Assembly (NCBI GenBank): GCA_963736115.1
Contig: CAVTNR010000030.1
Span: forward strand, 32,001-96,000
From: an uncultured bacterium
GTDB lineage: Bacteria > Zhuqueibacterota > QNDG01 > DTFT01
Direction of reading: 5' to 3'
DNA: 64,000 nt
Shown: one piece after another, positions 47,217-56,270 of the stretch
How positions within the stretch are numbered: position 1 is the first letter of the stretch
How the letters are laid out: every line of letters starts with the position of its first letter
The notes under the pieces: generated by a model
Database searches by the model: none
What the model saw: the letters and a program-made list of their open reading frames with translations, nothing else
What the model was told of the DNA's origin: nothing
Program-made: the position numbers and the translations under genes

Positions 47217-47991
47217 GCGGCTTCGGGCCGGGCGTGGGCTTGCGGCGCTTCTGCTCCTTTGCGCCTCCTGCGACCTCCCGAGGGACAATCCCCTGGATCC
47301 GCGGAACCCGGACAGCCGCAGGCCGAAGCGCATCCTGATCGAGGCATTCGTCAATATGCGGACCGGCGAGCCTTTCGACCGGTACGCGATCGAGGCCCTG
47401 GATTCGCTCGAAACGGTTTACGGCGACCGCATTGCGGTCATCGAGTATCACAGAAACGCGGGCGGATTCGTCACGCCCCTGCACCGATCCGAAAACGACA
47501 TCCTGTACGGCCGGTATCTCGCGGCCGCGGGGGCGGACAATCGCGGCGTGCCGGATGTGTTTGTCGACGGGTCCGCGGGCCGCAGTCAGGGCGCCTCGAG
47601 CGCGGCTTCGGTTTTCATCCGCGTCCAGAGAATGCTCCTGCCGGAACTGACCGAGCCCGGTTTGTTTTCCATCGAGGCCAGGCTCCGGCCGTCCGGAGGG
47701 GAGATACGGCCTTCCGTCACCATCGCGAGGCTCGGATCAACGGACAGCCACGGCATCCGGATACGCGCCGTGCTGTTGTCCGAGGCGGAAGCGGCCCCGG
47801 CTGGACGGGTCGCTTCCGGATTCTCGGAAAGCGCGGTGATCGGCACGCTCGGCGCAGGCGAAACCCGCACGGTCGCTTTGCCCGCCATGGCCTATGCCCC
47901 GGCATCCGTCCATGCGTGCGTGATCCTTGTCTTCAACGACGCGGACTGCAGGGTGATGCAGTGTGAAAAGTTTATAGTTCATGGTTCATAG
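47191..47991 (+). CDS. Putative lipoprotein, Omp28-like
   Basis: Lipobox-like LLLCASC, RDNPLDP, ILIEAF, VIEYH, GVPDVFVDG. Start codon uncertain. Confidence 0.6.
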   Translation: MDWPSICRKRLRAGRGLAALLLLCASCDLPRDNPLDPRNPDSRRPKRILIEAFVNMRTGEPFDRYAIEALDSLETVYGDRIAVIEYHRNAGGFVTPLHRSENDILYGRYLAAAGADNRGVPDVFVDGSAGRSQGASSAASVFIRVQRMLLPELTEPGLFSIEARLRPSGGEIRPSVTIARLGSTDSHGIRIRAVLLSEAEAAPAGRVASGFSESAVIGTLGAGETRTVALPAMAYAPASVHACVILVFNDADCRVMQCEKFIVHGS

Positions 47992-48088
47992 TTCATTGTT
48001 AAGAGAAAAGAAAAAAGGCAAAAATAAAAAACATGATAATATAATAATGCCTTTTTTAACTATGAACCATGAACTATGAATTATGAAC
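47970..48088. repeat. Inverted pair of heptamer arrays forming a long hairpin
   Basis: (GTTYATN)x4 at 47970-47997, which supplies the upstream stop codon, and (YATGAAY)x4 at 48061-48088. Inner stem AAAAAAGGCA/TGCCTTTTTT. Confidence 0.9.
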
Positions 48089-48104
48089 TGAAAGAACAAA
48101 ATCA

Positions 48105-48782
48105 ATGACTATCCACAAAACTCATATTTGGATCCCGACGGTAACGCTGTTTGTGGCGGCAGTCCTCTCCTGCTCCACCGACCTCTTCAACCCGGAGAAG
48201 CCGCCGCAGATCACCGGGCTCACGCTCGATCGGTACGAGGTGGATCCGGGCGACACGGTCACGGCCGCGGTCACGGTGCGGGACGCGAAGGACAAGGCCC
48301 TGGCATACGGGTGGACTGCCACGGCCGGCCTCTTCCTTCTGCCTTCGGATCAGTCGACCGTGCGGTGGAAGGCCCCGTCCACGGGCGGGCCGCACCGCAT
48401 CACGGTCACGGTCACCGGCGAGGAGAAGTCCGCGTCGCGCTCCACGGATGTCACGGTCCGGTCCCTGGTTCTGCCGGACGTCCTCATTCTCTCCCCGCAA
48501 GCCGGATCGTACGCGGTCCAGCATGATTCCATGGAAGTCCGTGTCCGGGCGCGTCATGACAACGGCATTGACCGGGTGAGGCTTTTCGTCAACAGCAGTC
48601 TCAAGAAAACCGCGGACGGCGGAGCCGGAGAGGTTTACACATTCGTCTGCCCGGTGGATGAACCCGCGGGCGAAGCATCCGTCCGGGTCGAGGCCGTGGC
48701 CCGGGTCAGCTTGCTGACCAAAAGCGATTCTGTGAGCATCTATATAGAAGGCGTGGTCCCGGGAAAAGCCGGCCGGAACTGA
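48105..48782 (+). CDS. Lipoprotein with two Ig-like/PKD-like domains
   Basis: Lipobox AVLSC, LAYGWTATAG, VRWKAP, D.NGIDRVRLFVN. Confidence 0.75.
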   Translation: MTIHKTHIWIPTVTLFVAAVLSCSTDLFNPEKPPQITGLTLDRYEVDPGDTVTAAVTVRDAKDKALAYGWTATAGLFLLPSDQSTVRWKAPSTGGPHRITVTVTGEEKSASRSTDVTVRSLVLPDVLILSPQAGSYAVQHDSMEVRVRARHDNGIDRVRLFVNSSLKKTADGGAGEVYTFVCPVDEPAGEASVRVEAVARVSLLTKSDSVSIYIEGVVPGKAGRN

Positions 48783-48842
48783 ACCGGAATCCGGACCCGG
48801 ATTCGACAGCAAGCATCCAGGAAAACCTATTTCCCTCCTCTC

Positions 48843-48858
48843 TGGCACTTTGTTTGCT
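48843..48858 (+). promoter_or_regulatory. Sigma-54 (-24/-12) promoter motif upstream of the yfiR / TonB receptor cluster
   Basis: TGGCAC-TTTGT-TTGCT has the exact GG-N10-GC spacing of the TGGCAC-N5-TTGCW consensus. Confidence 0.7.
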
Positions 48859-48897
48859 TTTTTTGAATAAGGCTCGTCATCACACATCCGAAAAGCG

Positions 48898-49470
48898 GTG
48901 AAACAGGACCGAATGCGTCTACATTCGAGCGGAAAAATTATTGTTTTTACTGTGCTTGCGTTTTGCCTCGCGGCCGCGGCGCCACCTGTCCGGGCCCAGG
49001 AGACCTTTACATCCGAATATGAAATAAAAGCCGCCTTCCTTTTCAATTTCGCCAAATTCATCGACTGGCCGGTCAAGCCCTATGTCGCAGCCGAAACCCA
49101 TTTTGCCATAGGCGTCCTGGGACGCGACCCCTTCGGCGACGCGCTCGAACAGACCATCGGCGACAAGACCGTCAAGGGCCGGAACATCGTTATCAGGCGC
49201 TTCCGTCACATCTCCGAATACAAACCCTGCGACATTCTCTTTGTCTCCGAATCCGAAAGGCCCGGCCTTCCTGAAATCGTCCAGCGCTTGCGCAGAGAAA
49301 GCGTGCTGACGGTCAGCGACATGCCGGAGTTCGGAAGACGGGGCGGCATGATTTATCTGTTCACCGAGGACAACAAGGTCCGGTTTTCCATCCGCACGGA
49401 CCTGACCGACAGGGCCGGCCTCAGGCTGGGTTCGCGGCTTCTGAACCTGTCCAGGCCCCAGCCGGATTGA
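48898..49470 (+). CDS. YfiR-family (DUF4154) periplasmic protein
   Basis: Signal peptide, EYEIKAAFLFNFAKFIDWP, CDILFVS, VLTVSD...GGMI, GLRLGSRLLNLS. Alternative ATG at 48913. Confidence 0.92.
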   Translation: MKQDRMRLHSSGKIIVFTVLAFCLAAAAPPVRAQETFTSEYEIKAAFLFNFAKFIDWPVKPYVAAETHFAIGVLGRDPFGDALEQTIGDKTVKGRNIVIRRFRHISEYKPCDILFVSESERPGLPEIVQRLRRESVLTVSDMPEFGRRGGMIYLFTEDNKVRFSIRTDLTDRAGLRLGSRLLNLSRPQPD

Positions 49471-49705
49471 AGAACCCCGTCGCAAGCAGCGGGGTATCGC
49501 AAGAAACTTGGATGATGGATGCCGAAATCGGCTGTCCTTCAATAATGAACAAATCTCATTGCTTGGTCCGGCGAAGCCGGGGAATCAGACTTGTCGGAGC
49601 GGCCAGAAGCCCGATTGCCGATCATCCAGAAAAACTGAAACCAAAAGGACCAGGCATCTGGCCGCCCGATTGAACCGAAACGCCATGCGACACACGCGAA
49701 TTAAA

Positions 49706-51760
49706 ATGAAAAACCGCTCCCTCCTGTCCCTGCCCGCGCTCCTGATCGCGCTGACCGGACTGGCAGGAAGCTTTCCGTCCGCTGGTCAGAGCAAACCCCA
49801 GGATCTCACGGCGCTGAGTCTCGAGGAACTGATGAACGTCGAGGTCCTGACGGCCACGCGCAAGCCGGGCGTGCTGTCCGAGATTCCGGCCGCGATCGAC
49901 GTGATGACGGCTGAAGACATACGCCGCTCCGGCGCGATGAACATTCCGGACGCCCTGCGCGGCGTTCCGGGCATGGAAGTGGCCCGCGTGGACGCGAACA
50001 AATGGGCGGTGTCGGCCCGCGGGTTCAACGGCATTTACTCGAACAAACTGCTCGTCCTGCTCGACGGACGGAGCCTGTATTCCCCGATTTTCTCCGGCGT
50101 TTTCTGGGAGTCGCACGATCTTCTCATGGAGGACGTCAGCCGCATCGAAGTCATACGCGGCCCGGGCGCCACGCTGTGGGGCGCCGGCGCCATGAACGGA
50201 ATCGTCAACATCGTCAGCCGCGACGCGGGCAGTACGCCGGGCCTTTATCTGGACGCGGGCGGCGGCACGGAGGAATTGCGGTGGTTCAGCGGCCGGTTCG
50301 GCGGTTTCGCCGGAAAGCGCGCGGCCTACCGGGTCTATGCGAGGCACTCGGCCCGGGGCGGGTTTGAAAACGCGGAAGGCGGCGAGGGCCGGGACGACTG
50401 GCGCGGCACGAACGCGGGATTCCGCGTGGACGCGTCCCCGGCCGGGCGCGACCATGTGACCGTGCAGGCCGAAGTGAACTGGGGCAATGTCGGGCAGGAG
50501 GGCGCTCCGACTCTGGTGCCGGGGTTCGTACTGAACTTTCCGGATTACCGCACCCGAACGCAGTCGCAGTACGGCCTGGTGCGATGGCAGAGAACGGTTT
50601 CGGACCGCAGTGACTTCGCCCTCCGGGTTTCTGTGGACCGGACGCAGAGGCGCGACACCCTGATCATCGGGGGCCGCTACACCACGCTGGACATGGACGG
50701 CCAGCATCATTTCCGCATCGGCCGTCATGACGCGGTCTGGGGTTTCGGTTTCCGCGTCACACGGAACCGGATGGACGCCGACCTGATGGCGGCCATGAAT
50801 CCGCGGAACCGCACCTTCCAGACCTCCAGCGCGTTCATTCAAGACGAGATCGACCTGGTGAGGCGCCGCCTTCGGCTGACCGCCGGCACCAAGGTGGAGC
50901 ACAATGATTTCACCGGTTTCGAGGTGCAGCCCAATGCGCGGCTGATGTGGATGCCTTTGGACCGCCATTCCTTCTGGGCCGCGGCGTCGCGTGCGGTCCG
51001 TCTGCCGGATCCGGCGGACTACGATATGTCCATTCACTACGACATGCCGATGCTGCGCATGACCATCAACGGCAATCCGGACCTGGCGCCCGAGGAATTG
51101 ACGGCCTTTGAATGCGGATGGCAGGTCCGACCGGCCACCGGATTCAAAGCCGGGGTCAATGCCTATCACAACCTGTATCGGAACGTGCACGCCTACAATA
51201 TCGGCGAAATCCGGGTGATCGAAAACCCGGTCGCAGTGGAGATCCCCTTTTATCTGGATAATGCCATGAGCGGAACCGTGACCGGAGCGGAATTCAGCGC
51301 GGAAGGCCGCATCGGAACCGTTTTCCGATGCCGGATGTCCGTGTCCTGCCTCGACATGCGGCTCGATCCGAGCCGGGACATGCTCGGCCGGTTCAGGTAT
51401 TTTCAGGAGACCCTCAGCCTGGACAAGGACATCGTGGATGCCTGGCTGAAGAGCAAGGAAGGGAAGAGTCCGGACTGGATGGCGTCCCTGCGGTGTTCGT
51501 GGAATCCCTCGCGGAGCGTGGATGTGGATGTCATGGCCCGGGTCGTGGATGAACTGCCCGGAATGGCGATTCCGGGATACACCGGCGTCGACGTCCGGGT
51601 GGCGTACCGTCCCGCCGGATTCCTGGAGCTGTACGTGACCGGGCAGAATCTCGTGCGCAGAACGCACCGGGAATTCGACGAGTCGCCCGCGGCATTCGGG
51701 GCCACGGCCGTGGAGCGCGGGGTGTACGGCGGCGCGAGCTTCCGCCTGGTGCCGAGGTGA
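49706..51760 (+). CDS. TonB-dependent receptor (paralogue 1)
   Basis: Signal peptide, DLTALSLEELM, plug motifs DALRGVPG, RGFN, LVLLDGR, RIEVIRGPGATLWGAGAMNG, C-terminal NL...H.EF...ERGVYG. Confidence 0.93.
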   Translation: MKNRSLLSLPALLIALTGLAGSFPSAGQSKPQDLTALSLEELMNVEVLTATRKPGVLSEIPAAIDVMTAEDIRRSGAMNIPDALRGVPGMEVARVDANKWAVSARGFNGIYSNKLLVLLDGRSLYSPIFSGVFWESHDLLMEDVSRIEVIRGPGATLWGAGAMNGIVNIVSRDAGSTPGLYLDAGGGTEELRWFSGRFGGFAGKRAAYRVYARHSARGGFENAEGGEGRDDWRGTNAGFRVDASPAGRDHVTVQAEVNWGNVGQEGAPTLVPGFVLNFPDYRTRTQSQYGLVRWQRTVSDRSDFALRVSVDRTQRRDTLIIGGRYTTLDMDGQHHFRIGRHDAVWGFGFRVTRNRMDADLMAAMNPRNRTFQTSSAFIQDEIDLVRRRLRLTAGTKVEHNDFTGFEVQPNARLMWMPLDRHSFWAAASRAVRLPDPADYDMSIHYDMPMLRMTINGNPDLAPEELTAFECGWQVRPATGFKAGVNAYHNLYRNVHAYNIGEIRVIENPVAVEIPFYLDNAMSGTVTGAEFSAEGRIGTVFRCRMSVSCLDMRLDPSRDMLGRFRYFQETLSLDKDIVDAWLKSKEGKSPDWMASLRCSWNPSRSVDVDVMARVVDELPGMAIPGYTGVDVRVAYRPAGFLELYVTGQNLVRRTHREFDESPAAFGATAVERGVYGGASFRLVPR

Positions 51761-51836
51761 TGGGTCTACGGGTCTGTTTTCGTCGCGTTCTTTGAAGCAG
51801 TTCTTCGAAGTGAAAAATTCCTCACACATGGTTTTT

Positions 51837-53891
51837 ATGACGACTGATCGTTTGAAAATATTCCGTATTTCCGCGGTCGGGCTCGGACTGGCCCTGGCTT
51901 TTTCCGCGACCGCGGCCGGACAGACCGGAGGCCGCGACCTCACGGATCTGAGCCTCGAAGAACTGATGGCCGTGCGCGTTTCCCTGGCCACGCGCAAGCC
52001 CGGCCGGCTGTCCGAAATCGCGGCGGCCGTGGATGTGGTGACCGCGGATGATATGCGCCGGACCGGAGCTGAAAACGTCCCGGACGCGCTCCGGCAGGTG
52101 CCGGGCATGGAAGTGGGACGGCTGGACGCGAGCAAATGGGCATTGTCGAGCCGAGGATTCAACGGCTTGTATTCGAACAAGGTGCTGGTTCTGCTCGACG
52201 GCATGAGCCTGTATTCGCCGGTCTTTTCGGGCGTGCTCTGGGAGTCCATGGACCTCGCTCCCGACGAAGTGAGCCGCATCGAAGTCATCCGCGGACCGGG
52301 CGCCACGCTCTGGGGCGCGGGCGCCATGAACGGCGTGATCAGCATCGCCACGCGGGAGGCGTCCGAAACCCAGGGCCTTTCTCTCGGCGCGGGAACGGGC
52401 ACGGAGCAGAGAGCCGTGCTGTCCGGCCGCTGGGGCGGAGCGATCGGTCAAAACGCATTCTACCGGGTGTACGGAAGGGCGATCCGGCACGACGGATTCA
52501 TCAATTCGGCCGGTGCGCCCGCGGGCGACCATTGGAAACGGCGGACCGGGGGATTCCGCGCGGACTGGAAAGCCTCGCGGAAGAACAGCCTGACCCTGCA
52601 GGGCGAAGTGAGCGATGCGGACATCGGCCAGGAGGGGAATCCGACTCTGGTGCCGGGCATCCCCATCGAGGGACCGGACTACCGGATCGGCACGCAGGCC
52701 GGGTATGTGTCCGGCCGCTGGCGCCGCGTCTTCTCGCCCAAATCGGATTTCGATCTGAGGGTTTCGTTCAACGGAACCCGCAGGAAGGACCCCTTTTTCT
52801 TCGGAGGGCATTCCCGGACTTTGGACGTGGACGCCCAGCATCATGTGCGCATGGCCGGCAGGCACGACATCGTGTGGGGCGCCGGATTCCGCCAGACTTT
52901 CCACCGAATCCAGGCTGAACGCATCATGACCATGGATCCCGCGTCCCGGACCTTCCGGACGGTCAGCGCTTTTATTCAGGACGACATTGATCTTGTGCTC
53001 CGGAGGCTCAGGTTGACCGCGGGCTCGAAGTTCGAGGACAACAGCCTGACGGGTTTCGAGATTCAGCCCAATGTGCGGCTCGCCTGGATGCCGTCGTCCA
53101 GGCACACGTTCTGGACGGCCGTGTCGCGCGCGGTACGGCTTCCGGACCCGTCCGACTTCGACCTGAAAATTCTGTACGACATTCCGCCCGTGCGTTTCCG
53201 GATGGACGGCAACGCGGCACTTCAGCCGGAGGAACTCACCGCGTTCGAGTGCGGATGGAAAACAACGCCGTCGGTGAGGTTCCACGCGGAGGTGAGCGGA
53301 TTCATCAACCGATACGGGTCCCTTCAGAATTACAGCCTCGGCGAAATCCGGGTCCTCCAGAATCCGCTGGTTCTCGAGATCCCGTTCACCCTGGACAATG
53401 TGATGACCGGCACCGTGAAAGGCGTGGAATGCGTCGCGGACGCGGGCCTGCGGCGGAACCTGCGGATACGGGCTTCGGCCGCGTTTCTGTCGGTGCGTCA
53501 GCGCTGGTCCGACGAGGTGATCCGCAGGGCCGAGGAAATCGGCCGCACGCTGGGCCTGGAAAGCGGAATGGTGCGCGAATTCGTCGGCAATGAAAACGGG
53601 AAAAGCCCGGAGTGGACCGGATCCGTGCGTCTATCCTGGAACCCGGCTCAATCCGTGGATGCGGACCTGATGGCGCGCTATGTGGACGATCTGCCGCAGA
53701 TGGCGGTGCCGGGTTACACCGGGTTGGACGCGAGGCTCGCCTGGCGGCCGAATGGTTTCTGCGAAGTGTTCGTGCTCGGCAAGAACCTGGCCGGCCGGAA
53801 ACATCTGGAATTCGATGAAACGCCCGCGTCTTTCGGCACCACGAACGTGGAACGTGCGGTGTACGGCGGGCTGAACGTCAGGCTGCGGTAA
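51837..53891 (+). CDS. TonB-dependent receptor (paralogue 2)
   Basis: Same plug and barrel motifs, colinear with paralogue 1. Start could be 51828 or 51837. Confidence 0.93.
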   Translation: MTTDRLKIFRISAVGLGLALAFSATAAGQTGGRDLTDLSLEELMAVRVSLATRKPGRLSEIAAAVDVVTADDMRRTGAENVPDALRQVPGMEVGRLDASKWALSSRGFNGLYSNKVLVLLDGMSLYSPVFSGVLWESMDLAPDEVSRIEVIRGPGATLWGAGAMNGVISIATREASETQGLSLGAGTGTEQRAVLSGRWGGAIGQNAFYRVYGRAIRHDGFINSAGAPAGDHWKRRTGGFRADWKASRKNSLTLQGEVSDADIGQEGNPTLVPGIPIEGPDYRIGTQAGYVSGRWRRVFSPKSDFDLRVSFNGTRRKDPFFFGGHSRTLDVDAQHHVRMAGRHDIVWGAGFRQTFHRIQAERIMTMDPASRTFRTVSAFIQDDIDLVLRRLRLTAGSKFEDNSLTGFEIQPNVRLAWMPSSRHTFWTAVSRAVRLPDPSDFDLKILYDIPPVRFRMDGNAALQPEELTAFECGWKTTPSVRFHAEVSGFINRYGSLQNYSLGEIRVLQNPLVLEIPFTLDNVMTGTVKGVECVADAGLRRNLRIRASAAFLSVRQRWSDEVIRRAEEIGRTLGLESGMVREFVGNENGKSPEWTGSVRLSWNPAQSVDADLMARYVDDLPQMAVPGYTGLDARLAWRPNGFCEVFVLGKNLAGRKHLEFDETPASFGTTNVERAVYGGLNVRLR

Positions 53892-53897
53892 AAAAAG

Positions 53898-53972
53898 GTT
53901 CCGGGTTTCGAGTTTCGAGTTGAAAAACGTTTGAACTTTCAAACGTTCGAATGTGTTCACGCTCAAACGCGT
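53898..53972 (+). repeat. Heptamer array followed by an 8-bp-period array
   Basis: GTTCCGG GTTTCGA GTTTCGA, then AAACGTTT GAACTTTC AAACGTTC GAATGTGT TCACGCTC AAACGCGT. Confidence 0.75.
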
Positions 53973-53999
53973 TAAAAATCCCTAATAAGGAGCGGGGTT

Positions 54000-55943
54000 T
54001 TGCGGATCATCGCAGAATATAAAAATCTGATTCTCGCGGCTGCGATCGCGGCCGCAACGATCCTATCATCCGCGGCCATGGCCCAGGATCAGCCCCGGGA
54101 TCTCACGGAGATGGATCTCGAGGAGCTGATGGCCATCGACATCACTCTGGCCTCGCGCAGGGCGGAGACCATGCTCGAAACGGCCGCGGCCGTCGAAGTG
54201 ATAACGGCTGACGACCTGCACCGGTCCGGCGCGACCACGATCGCGGAAGCCCTCCGCCTGGTGCCGGGCCTGGTCGTGGCGCGGGTCGATGCCAACAAAT
54301 GGGCCATCAACTCCCGAGGGTTCAACAATCTGTTCGCCAACAAACTGCTCGTCATGGTCGACGGCAGAAGCGCCTATTCGCCGATATTTTCCGGCACTTT
54401 CTGGGAGGCCCAGGACTGCCTGCTCGAGGACATAGACCGCATCGAAGTGATACGGGGCCCGGGAGCGGCCCTGTGGGGCGCGAACGCGGTCAACGGCATC
54501 ATCCACATCATCACGCGCAAGGCGGATGAAACGACCGGCCTGATGGTGCGGCTGGACAAGGGCACTCTCGAGAAATCCGGTATCGGCATCCGGGCGGGGT
54601 TCCGTCCGGCGAAGGCCGTCTCGGCCCGGGTCTGGGGCAAGTCCTTCGACCGGAACCCGTTTCAATACCGGTCCATCGATCCGTCCGCGGGCCGGTGGAT
54701 CGACGCGGCCGACGGGTGGAACGTGAACCGGGGCGGATTCCGCGTCGATGCGGCTGTCGGCAGGGGATACGACGTCACGGTGCAGGGCCAGATGTACCGG
54801 GGGGACGTCGGCCAGACCCTGACCATCCCTCGCATCCGGTTCAGGCTCCTGGACTACGAGACCGGCATCAACGGCGGCAACCTGCAGGGCCGTTTCCACC
54901 GCATGCTCTCTCCGACCTCGGACATGACGCTTCAGATCACGTATGACCGGGTCAAGCGCACGGAAAACGTCATTCTGGGCGGCGGGTACCACATGACGGA
55001 TGTGGATTTTCAGCACCGGCTTTCCGCGGGGAAGCGGCATACGGTCGTGTGGGGCGCCGGTTACCGGGTCACGAGCGACCGCATCGACACCACCCAGCTC
55101 ATCGCATTCAGGCCGCCGGCGCGAACGTTCGACATGTGGAGCGCGTTCGCGCAGGATGAGATCGGCCTGGCATCAGACCGTATCCGGCTGACCGTCGGCT
55201 CCAAGTTCGAGCGCAATGATTTCACGGGATTCGAATTCCAGCCGAACGTGCGCATGCTGTTCCGGCTCGGGCCGTCGCAGACCGCCTGGTGGGCGGTGTC
55301 GCGCGCGGTGCGCACGCCGTCGCGCGCGGACGAGGACATCCGGGTGCCCATGGTGGGCATGACCGGGAACCACGCCTACGGCTCGGAGCATGTAACCGCG
55401 TATGAGGCCGGGTTTCACAGGCATCTCGCGGACCGGTGGATGATCGATGCGGCCGTTTTCTTCAACCGCTTCGGCGATTTGCAGTCCTTCGAGAAAGATT
55501 CGGTCGCCAACAACCGGGCCGCGGAAACCTACGGCACGGAACTGTCGGTGAAGTGGCGGCCCCTGCGCCGGTGGCAGTGGCGGGCCGGTTATTCCTGGCT
55601 CCATGTCAATGAATGGCGCACGGCCGGAAGCGTCGACGTTCAGGCCGGCAAGGACGACTGCCCGGAGCACCAGGGTTTTCTGCGCACATCGATCGATCTG
55701 CCGGCCCGTGTCCAGATCGACGTCATGGCCAGGGCCGTGGGCCGCCTGCCCAGCCTGGAGATTCCGGCTTACCAGGCCGTGGATGCCAGAATCGGATGGA
55801 AGCCGGACCGCCGCGTCGAACTCTCGGTCACCGGGCAGAACCTCAACATCCGGCGGCACGTGGAATTCCGCGGCTGGTGGATCCCGTTCGAGGAAACCTA
55901 TGTTCCGAGAAGCGTGTACGGGACTGTGACGGTCTCCTTGTAA
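54000..55943 (+). CDS. TonB-dependent receptor (paralogue 3)
   Basis: AAGGAG RBS before TTG, DLTEMDLEELM, RIEVIRGPGAALWGANAVNG, C-terminal PRSVYGTVTVSL. Confidence 0.93.
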   Translation: MRIIAEYKNLILAAAIAAATILSSAAMAQDQPRDLTEMDLEELMAIDITLASRRAETMLETAAAVEVITADDLHRSGATTIAEALRLVPGLVVARVDANKWAINSRGFNNLFANKLLVMVDGRSAYSPIFSGTFWEAQDCLLEDIDRIEVIRGPGAALWGANAVNGIIHIITRKADETTGLMVRLDKGTLEKSGIGIRAGFRPAKAVSARVWGKSFDRNPFQYRSIDPSAGRWIDAADGWNVNRGGFRVDAAVGRGYDVTVQGQMYRGDVGQTLTIPRIRFRLLDYETGINGGNLQGRFHRMLSPTSDMTLQITYDRVKRTENVILGGGYHMTDVDFQHRLSAGKRHTVVWGAGYRVTSDRIDTTQLIAFRPPARTFDMWSAFAQDEIGLASDRIRLTVGSKFERNDFTGFEFQPNVRMLFRLGPSQTAWWAVSRAVRTPSRADEDIRVPMVGMTGNHAYGSEHVTAYEAGFHRHLADRWMIDAAVFFNRFGDLQSFEKDSVANNRAAETYGTELSVKWRPLRRWQWRAGYSWLHVNEWRTAGSVDVQAGKDDCPEHQGFLRTSIDLPARVQIDVMARAVGRLPSLEIPAYQAVDARIGWKPDRRVELSVTGQNLNIRRHVEFRGWWIPFEETYVPRSVYGTVTVSL

Positions 55944-56116
55944 GTTCAAAGTTCAAGGTTCAAAGTTCAAAGAAAAAGTTGTAGGTCCGAAATGGCACGC
56001 TTCTCTTCGCGTGCCTTTCGGACTTTATCTCCTTTAAAAAAAATGTCCGATAGCCTCGTCCCGCAAAGCTTGCCCCGGACTTGATCCGGGGGCGGGACTC
56101 GGCATATCGGACCTAC
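55944..56116. repeat. Heptamer array plus GTAG-GTCCGAWA hairpin doublet
   Basis: (GTTCAAR)x4 at 55944-55971, GTAG GTCCGAAA T GGCACGC..GCGTGCC TTTCGGAC (55981-56023), and a minus-strand T-type hairpin at 56045-56116. Confidence 0.9.
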
Positions 56117-56270
56117 AACAGGCATCCTCGGGCATCCGCCCGCGTTTTTTATCCGCAAACCACTTGCACTTTACCCTACCACGCAGTAAATTAAACCAAT
56201 CCCACCGAAGCATGCGGATAACGACCGTCACAGCGAACGAGATTGTCCCGAAACAAAGGGCCGGAACGCC

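Noticed and set aside
49622-52402. 926-aa minus-strand ORF
   Set aside because: Antisense to two well-supported TonB receptor genes, with no domain signal.
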